NCBI GenBank assembly: GCA_965233585.1
Contig: CBDDTI010000260.1
Coordinates: forward strand, 1-41,115
DNA from: a bacterium
Lineage (GTDB): Bacteria > SAR324 > NAC60-12
Length of the DNA: 41,115 nt
Direction: 5' to 3'
Shown: positions 33,471 through 41,115 of the stretch, piece by piece
Layout: each line of letters begins with the position of its first letter
Numbering within the stretch: position 1 is the first letter of the stretch
The notes under the pieces: generated by a model
The model's input: only the letters and a program-made list of their open reading frames with translations
Databases searched by the model: none
Told to the model about the DNA's origin: nothing
Position numbers and translations under genes: made by a program

Positions 33471-33856
33471 GCCATTTAGGAAATCTTGGAATCTATTTTC
33501 AAGTTGTTGGAAGTTTTTGGCTCTTGAATTCTTCGGAATCTGGCGTTGAAGTGAGCACCCTACGAAACGGACAACTTTGGCAGGCTACGATAAAATCATC
33601 TAATTTACGGGGTCCGCACCATCCCCAGAAACCGCTCCTGACCCTTCGGTCCAACGGCTTCCAACTGACACAGACACCGTCAGAAACCGCTTCTGACCCT
33701 TCGGAACTGTTCGGAACCGCTTCCAAGATGATACTCGCGATTCACCCACGGCTTGAAAAATCTGGGCCGGCAAGTTGAAAACCGTTTGAATCGTTTCCGC
33801 ACCCAAAAGGTCCAGAAGCTTCCGATGCAAAAAGTTTGCAAGATTCTCTGAATAGC
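33471..33856. mobile_element. ~386-bp MITE-like element with imperfect TIRs
   Basis: GCCATTTAGGAAATCTTG vs the reverse complement of the right end, GCTATTCAGAGAATCTTG (14/18). Internal gaaaccgct / tgacccttcgg subrepeats. No clear TSD. Confidence 0.45.
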
Positions 33857-34330
33857 TTTCAAGGCAAAATGTCAAGAAACAATAAGCCCAAAATAAAGAG
33901 CAAGCCGTTGGTTCCCTGTTGGTAAAACCTGCAAAGCCACAAGACCGTTGACCTCTGAGCAGTGTACCAACATCTGGACCGCAGAAAAGCACCTTCATAT
34001 TCGGAAGCGACAGTACTGAATGAACATGACTCACATGACCAAATATCACTGGCGTTGGCCACTTCACCGCCTGGTTCAACTCGTCAAATGGCGCTGTCGG
34101 CAGATGGAAGATCCCATGCTGTATCTAGTGACTACATTGACTACATGACTTCAGGGGCATCTCTGTTCCGACTGCAGAGAACTGCCAAAGTGGCCTTCTA
34201 TGCAATTGTATGCAATTGTCACATACCCTCTGGACGAACATTCTGAGAAGCATTTTGGGAGAGTACACTACCCAGTGTGCAGCAGCAAAAAAAAACACGT
34301 AGAAGACACACTGGAAAAGGCAAATTCCAC

Positions 34331-37090
34331 TGCGTCCAACTACAATCTTCAGAGAGGATTGACGGGTGATCACTGGGCAAGCATATCAACTGACACGAGC
34401 GGTCCCAGTCATTGAAGAACAGATCGGCTTGCAGCTTTCTCTTCTGTTGTATGTGGTAGGTAGGCTCCATACGCTTTTCATCCAGCATGGGGCTGAAGCA
34501 AAGATCCCACCGAAGAAATGCCGGCCAGGATGTGTTTGGTGTGCCCCAGGCTAACTACCAACGTTGACCAGGTTGACCTTTGGAGATTGCCCACAAAAGA
34601 AGGCCCAGCCATTTCATTGGCTCTGAGTAAAATGCACAGGGCCACAGAACACTGCTCCACTTGGACAGTATGGTCAGTTGTCTGAATAAAACAGCCCGCT
34701 ACCCCAGGCTCCCACAGCAAGTTACTCCTCACTGGAACTGTTGCAAGGCATCCAAATGGCATTTTACTGGGCCATCATGACCTTTTTCGCCTTGCGGTCG
34801 GAGGCAACACAAGTTTCAGGGCGATTTTGCAAACGCCGCTGGCAGCAAAGCAAGCAATCTGTGCCAAAGTGGATTGCTGCACACCCAGGACGACAGCCAG
34901 CCAGAATCCTCCATGTTCAACAGAGCAGGCTGGACATGTCCTCTGCGATTCTTCAAAGGTATGTGGTCAAGTTGGTCAAGTTGCAAGATCTCGCAGAACG
35001 TCTCCTTTCTTGCGGAGCTGACTGTGGCTGGCAATCAAAAGCTTACAGATATCTCCGGCCCTCTCTAAGGCCGTCTTGGGTCCCTCCAGTGGCACTGATA
35101 TCAGCTGGGCAAATGGCCAAGATCTACGCTGCCGCAATGGCCTTTTGTACAACTTCAACCCAGCCAGTACGCAGCATCCTCTGACGGAAATTTTGGACTG
35201 GGCACAAGTTAGAATCCTTAGAAGGATTTCCTTCGCATTTATCACTTGCCTAAACTGACGCTTACCTCTCTGTTCTCATCAACCAATCGGAATTTGGAAC
35301 ATCTTATGACTTGGAAAAGCATCAGCGTCCACAGCAAGCTATACCTGCAAGCTGCGCGACCATGGAAGCCGCAGCTGTTATCCACAAAACATGGGCCTCT
35401 GTTCAGCACAGCCCAGCGAAGCCGGTCTAGTACGTTTATGGCTTGCTGGAAGCCCTATGTCTAACTCTTAAGCCTCCATTCATGCAGCAAAACCTCAACA
35501 AAAAGGCGATGTCGGGCTTGAATAGCTTCAGAATCTGAAAGGTATGAGGGTCCTGAAAAGTTGCCATCTTGTCGTTCGCAGGCCAACTACCAGATTGCCT
35601 ACACAAGTGGAGTGCCCACCCTATCCGATTTCACTGATTCTGGGTAAAATGGTCAGTTCTTGGTGCATTTGCGTCCAACTACAATCTTCAGAGAGGGTTG
35701 ACGGTTGATCACTGCACAAGCATATCAACTGACAATCCTTGAAGAGCAAAGTGACTTTCTCGTTCCTCTGATGGTGTGGGGCACTTTTCAACATGCACAG
35801 CACTGAAAAACCATCTTGTCGTTCGCAGGCCAACTACCAGATTGCCTACACAAGAGTGCCCACCCTATCCGATTTCACTGATTCTGGGTAAAATGGTCAG
35901 TTCTTGGTGCATTTGCGTCCAACTACAATCTTCAGAGAGGGTTGAGGGGTGATCACTGGGCAAGCATATCAACTGACAATCCCTGAAGAGCAAAGTGACT
36001 TTCTCGTTCCTCTGATGGTGTGGGGCACTTTTCAACATGCACAGCACTGAAAAACCATCTTGTCGTTCGCAGGTCAACTACCAGATTGCTGACACAAGTG
36101 GAGTGCCCACCCTATCCGATTTCACTGATTCTGGGTAAAATGGTCAGTTCTTGGTGCATTTGCGTCCAACTACAATCTTCAGAGAGGGTTGACGGTTGAT
36201 CACTGCACAAGCATATCAACTGACAATCCTTGAAGAGCAAAGTGACTTTCTCGTTCCTCTGATGGTGTGGGGCACTTTTCAACATGCACAGCACTGAAAA
36301 ACCATCTTGTCGTTCGCAGGCCAACTACCAGATTGCCTACACAAGAGTGCCCACCCTATCCGATTTCACTGATTCTGGGTAAAATGGTCAGTTCTTGGTG
36401 CATTTGCGTCCAACTACAATCTTCAGAGAGGGTTGAGGGGTGATCACTGGGCAATCATATCAACTGACACGTCAAGCGGTCCCAGTCATTGAAGAACAGA
36501 TCGGCTTGCAGCTTTCTCTTCTGTTGTATGTGGTAGGTTCCACCACGCTTTTCATCCAGCATGGGGCTGAAGCAAAGATCCCACCGAAGAAATGCCGGCC
36601 AGGATGTGTTTGGTGTGCCCCAGGCTAACTACCAACGTTGACCAGGTTGACCTTTGGAGATTGCCCAAAAAAGAAGGCCCAGCCATTTCATTGGCTCTGA
36701 GTAAAATGCACAGGGCCACAGAACACTGCTCCACTTGGACAGTATGGTCAGTTGTCTGAATAAAACAGCCCGCTACCCCAGGCTCCCACAGCAAGTTACT
36801 CCTCACTGGAACTGTTGCAAGGCATCCAAATGGCATTTTACTGGGCCATCATGACCTTTTTCGCCTTGCGGTCGGAGGCAACACAGGTTTCAGGGCGATT
36901 TTGCAAACGCCGCTGGCAGCAAAGCAAGCAATCTGTGCCAAAGCGGATTGCTGCACACCCAGGACGACAGCCAGCCAGAATCCTCCATGTTCAACAGAGC
37001 AGGCTGGACATGTCCTCTGCGATTCTTCAAAGGTATGTGGTCAAGTTGGTCAAGTTGCAAGATCTCGCAGAACGTCTCCTTTCTTGCGGA
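34331..37090. repeat. ~690-bp direct duplication (34331-35016 and 36405-37090)
   Basis: Offset 2074, near-identical. A further ~70-bp duplication is ~33120-33190 / ~35071-35140. Confidence 0.95.
35564..36468. repeat. ~245-bp tandem repeat, 3.7 copies, alternating A/B variants
   Basis: ccatcttgtcgttcgcagg occurs at 35564, 35811, 36055 and 36302 (periods 247, 244, 247). Confidence 0.95.
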
Positions 37091-37287
37091 AGTCGACTGT
37101 GCCTGGCAATCAAGAGCTTGCAGTGCTTACAGATATTTCCAGCCCTAAGGCTATAATTTGCCTCGGCATTCACCGACGGCCTCTTGGCACATAGACAAGT
37201 GCAACCCGAAATCATGAAGCCAGCAGCTGCCACTCTACCGACAGTCAATTTGTAAAAATGGTTGGATTATGTTGGATTTAATTATCT

Positions 37288-37346
37288 TACTGAATCTTAC
37301 TAGTCGCTACTAGTCGTTACTAGTCTTTACTGGTCGTTACTAGTCC
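37288..37346. repeat. 10-bp minisatellite (TTACTAGTCG-like), ~6 copies
   Basis: ttactgaatc ttactagtcg ctactagtcg ttactagtct ttactggtcg ttactagtcc. Confidence 0.9.
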
Positions 37347-39285
37347 CTGAAAATATCCAAATTTAAAACCTCTGCGACCATCTCAGGTGGTTTTCTGCCA
37401 CCGCCATCCAACAGAGACTTTCTGCCCGTAAACTCCATCAAGGACCTTCCACCTCTGGCCATGCGAATTGACAGGCGGATGACTTGGGGAAGGTCCAATG
37501 CAATGCTCCCAGGGTGCTCCCTAGCAACAAGTTGACCTTGCCTGTCTTCGTCTGAAGATTGTGTACCCGAAAATCGCATGATTTTCCGCTTAAACTGACC
37601 ATTTGCATATTCAAGATGTTCTCCCTCATTGAGCTTGTCATGATTTGTCCGTTGAAAATTGCCATTTCAAAAATCCTGCCTGAATCTTGCGGGAAGCAAT
37701 CAGGCCTTTTTATGGAGATGACGACATTAAGCTGGTGTCTGTGGGGGCAACGAAGGCTGGTATCATGCTATGAGTTGGGGCTGGAAAATTAGGACACAAC
37801 TTGCTGCGCCGACAGGTTCTGGCCGGTTTTTGTGCTGAGCTATCCCGTTCTCAGGGTACCCAAGTTTGACTAAAGTCCATTTCAAGGTTTATGAACTTGT
37901 GATGACCAGGCAAGCACTACCTTAGTCAGTAGGGTCTTTCGGATGCACAGTTTACAATCGCAAGGTTTTTGGGCCTGTCACGCACGTGCTGATTCCAAGC
38001 ACTGTATGTCAACATCCACATGGTCGCGATATGACGTCATATGCACTTGAGTGGCCCGACACAAGACATGTGTTGCTTGCTCGCTCATTTCAGACTAGCA
38101 GCTGTCAGCAACTTTTTGCAAAAAAATGGAACCCAAAAAAATCCTCACCGGAACTCTGTTCAGCGCACAGGAACTCTGTTCACCTCACAAGTACGAGACT
38201 CTTGGCCGCTTGGAGGGAGCACGTACTTTTAATAGATCCCATCTTTTTGAAGGCATCGATTTGGCGGCTAAGCTAAGAAGTGCTGCAAGAGTTCCATGAG
38301 CGGAGTGCCATGTCACCTGTCTTCACTAACTTCCACCCTGCCAGTTCAGCCCGTTGCCATCACCAGGGCCACTGGCCGTGCTCGGCCATGCCTCACCGAA
38401 GGGCGGCAGAGCGCCGCATCATCTCCACTTCACCGCGGTAGCAACGAAGGGAGGCCTTTGACCTAGGACCGGTCATGGGAAAAATGCTGAAAAGTGCTGT
38501 AGACATACCCCAATCGGTGGGGTGCCAGCCCACTATGACCATAAACAAATGCGAAGATGTAACCCAATGACCAGTTGCAATTAGGGCAGGGTCCTAGTTG
38601 TTTTGTTGAGCTCCATCCCACTGGTAAGATGTCATAGTTGAGTATATGATGCCACTTCAGATTCATCAAAACATCTGACTTCCATATTTTTGACGCTTCA
38701 GGCTTGCTGCAAGATCAACCAGCGATTCCATATCCCTACAAATTCCCAGGAAAATCAGAAGTTTCAGAGCAACTTCAGCAATTACATCTTGAGTTTCCAA
38801 TAAGCCGCTCTCCACACTTGGCTTCGCTTGGCTTCGCTTGGCTTCCGGCAGCAAGAAGCCCTCGTCCTTAGCCCAGGATAAATCCCCAACGTGACGAGTG
38901 CTCAAGCGTATTCGAGTGGCAAAAAAGGGGGTCCAGATTGGTACCAGAATCCATCATGTTCTCCCTAGTACCTGTTGATTTCAGTTGTTCTACCATTTCC
39001 CAAAACGGAGGGGGTATTCTCTGGTATTTAATGGTTGAATGAAAACCCACCCATTAGTAAACTATGTTCCTGCCCAAAACCGCAAGATGTCCTTGGCAAA
39101 TGGCAGGTTAATAATTATTCTTCAAGAATATGGAGGGGACAGCGGGTAGTTTGAAATTACGTCACTCTTTTGTTCAGCATTGACCATAAGATGCTCTTGG
39201 TTTCCAAGTTGTTAATTTCAGGCAAGACTTTCCCACGATTTACCCTGATTTTTACCCAGAATAGCTGTGAAAATTGGCTCGGGAC

Positions 39286-39352
39286 CCGACATCTCCGAGC
39301 GTGGCATCAGCTCAAGGTCCGAGCGCTCCCTGTCCTCGGTGATGGTGATCAT
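39286..39352 (-). CDS. Candidate exon MITITEDRERSDLELMPRSEMS(G)
   Basis: Acceptor ctgag|A, donor CGG|gt, 20/22 codons end in G/C. Ends in phase 1, compatible with exon 20318-20359. Confidence 0.35.
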
Positions 39353-39380
39353 CTCAGAACAAGCTGTCGTAAGGACAATA

Positions 39381-41115
39381 GCAAGAATAATACATAAGTA
39401 TTAGGATGGCCAGTTTCGGCCTGTGGCGGTGTCTCTCTATAGATGTTGGAAAAATCACTGAACCCACATATTCTTAATGTTTTCCTTTTTTTGTATGATC
39501 TGAAAAATGTTGAAAAACATAAAAAAATATATTTTTCAGGGTTTGATGAAAAATAAGAAAAGGTTGAAAAACATTCTTTTAGTGTTTTTAAACCTATAAC
39601 ATTTTTGTATGTTTATTTCAATTTCTCAAAACATCTATATAAAAATGCCTGGTTCTGGCTATAAATAGAGAGATATTGCCAGAAAGTCTCTTACAGGGAT
39701 CTTTCTCAGCGACGCCCTATAGAGATCTTGTACAGAGACCTGGTGAAGAGAACAAATACATTATATCTTGTTCAGAGATCTTTTAGAGGGATTGAGCAGA
39801 GATCTTACTTTGAGATCTCTTACACAGATTTTCCCTGGAGATTTCTTGTAGACACTTTGTGAAGATAGCCAACCTACAAAGGGACTTCGCACAGCAGCTT
39901 CCACAGAGAACCTGTCAAGGAGATCTTGCTCGCAATCTTCTACAGAGACCTTCACAAAGGGGGGTATCTTGCCAGGATATTTTTGATGATAGATGATAGA
40001 TCATGATATGCGGTACAAATGAAATCTTTACATTCTTAGCAAGATCTTTGTATGCAGAGATCTTGCTCAGAGATCTATTGAAGGGATCTTGTCCAAGACT
40101 GGGTGAAGAGAACAGAGATCTTTTTCAGAGATCTCTTTTGAGAGCTTGAACTTTAACAGGTGTCTTACTTCAAAGGGACTTGGCACAGCAGCTTCCACAG
40201 AGAACCTGTCAAGGAGATCTTGCTAGCAATCTTCTACAGAGACCTTCACAAAGGGGGTATCTTGCCACAATATTGTGATGATAGATGATAGATCTTTGAT
40301 TTGCGGTACAAATGAAATCTTTATATTCTTAGCAAGATCTTTGTATGCAGAGATCTTGCTCAGAGATCTATTGAAGGGATCTTGTCCAAAGACTGGGTGA
40401 GGAGAACAGAGATCTTTTTCAGAAATATTTTTAGAGAGCTTGAACTTTAACAGGTGTCTTACTTCAAAGGGACTTGGCACAGCAGCTTCCACAGAGAACC
40501 TGTCAAGGAGATCTTGCTAGCAATCTTCTACAGAGACCTTCACAAAGGGGGTATCTTGCCACAATATTTTTGATGATAGATGATAGATCTTTGATTTGCG
40601 GTACAAATGAAATCTTTATACTCTTAGCAAGATCTTTGTATGCAGAGATCTTGCTCAGAGATCTATTGAAGGGATCTTGTCCAAAGACTGGGTGAAGAGA
40701 ACAGAGATCTTTTTCAGAGATATCTTTAGAGAGCTTGAACTTGAACTTTAACAGAGGTCTTACTTCAAAGGGACCTGGCACAGCAGCTTCCACAGAGAAC
40801 CTGTCAAGGAGATCTTGCTCCCAATCTTCTACAGAGACCTTCACAAAGGGGGTATCTTGCCAGGGTATTTTTGATGATAGATGATAGATCATGATATGCG
40901 GTACAAATGAAATCTTTACATTCTTAGCAAGATCTTTGTATGCAGAGATCTTGCTCAGAGATCTACTGAAGGGATCTTGTCCAAAGACTGGGTGAAGAGA
41001 ACAGAGATCTTTTTCAGAGATCTCTTTGGTGAGCTTGAACTTTAACAGGCGTCTTACTTCAAAGGGACTTCGCACAGCAGCTTCCACAGAGAACCTGGCA
41101 AGGAGATCTTGCGCA
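39381..41115. mobile_element. Repeat element with a terminal hairpin and an internal tandem array, truncated by the window end
   Basis: Hairpin TAATAC-ATAA-GTATTA (39388-39403) and GGCC-N6-GGCC, then an AT-rich spacer and GATCT-rich repeats. Confidence 0.5.
39878..41115. repeat. ~294-bp GATCT-rich tandem repeat, more than 4 copies
   Basis: cacagcagcttccacagagaacctg occurs at 39890, 40184, 40478, 40779 and 41073 (periods 294, 294, 301, 294). Confidence 0.97.

Noticed and set aside
29400..38900. Alternative genetic code (TGA read-through) for the island
   Set aside because: TAG/TAA stops, frameshifts and short duplications also interrupt the frames, so decay explains the pattern better.
40223..41087. 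194-aa and 89-aa repeat ORFs
   Set aside because: These are products of the 294-bp tandem unit; the frame changes between copies.

Overview
Repeat-rich eukaryotic DNA, most consistent with a dinoflagellate (Symbiodiniaceae-type) nuclear genome. This is inferred from short exons with GC/GA/GT donors and AG|G acceptors, and from PPR motifs of the 'ACExGxxWxxAL' type. Both ends of the window lie in tandem arrays: a 54-bp satellite (1-~7050, ~130 copies, with higher-order structure) and a ~294-bp GATCT-rich array (~39880-41115). The best-supported coding feature is a minus-strand pentatricopeptide-repeat (PPR) gene: four exons between 9610 and 17963 splice in phase into 128 aa with 35-aa PPR periodicity. 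A second set of non-PPR exon-like islands is interleaved with these exons, and its strand is not resolved. Introns carry several non-autonomous elements: a 3.56-kb TIR element in a (TA)n run with internal arrays, short MITEs, and elements with asymmetric terminal inverted repeats of Helentron/Helitron2 style. The 20.7-39.3 kb interval is an unidentified island of internal duplications and broken ORF-like sequence, possibly one ~19-kb intron. Most ORFs in the supplied track are artefacts of repeats or antisense frames. No CRISPR array, rRNA, tRNA or intact transposase was found.
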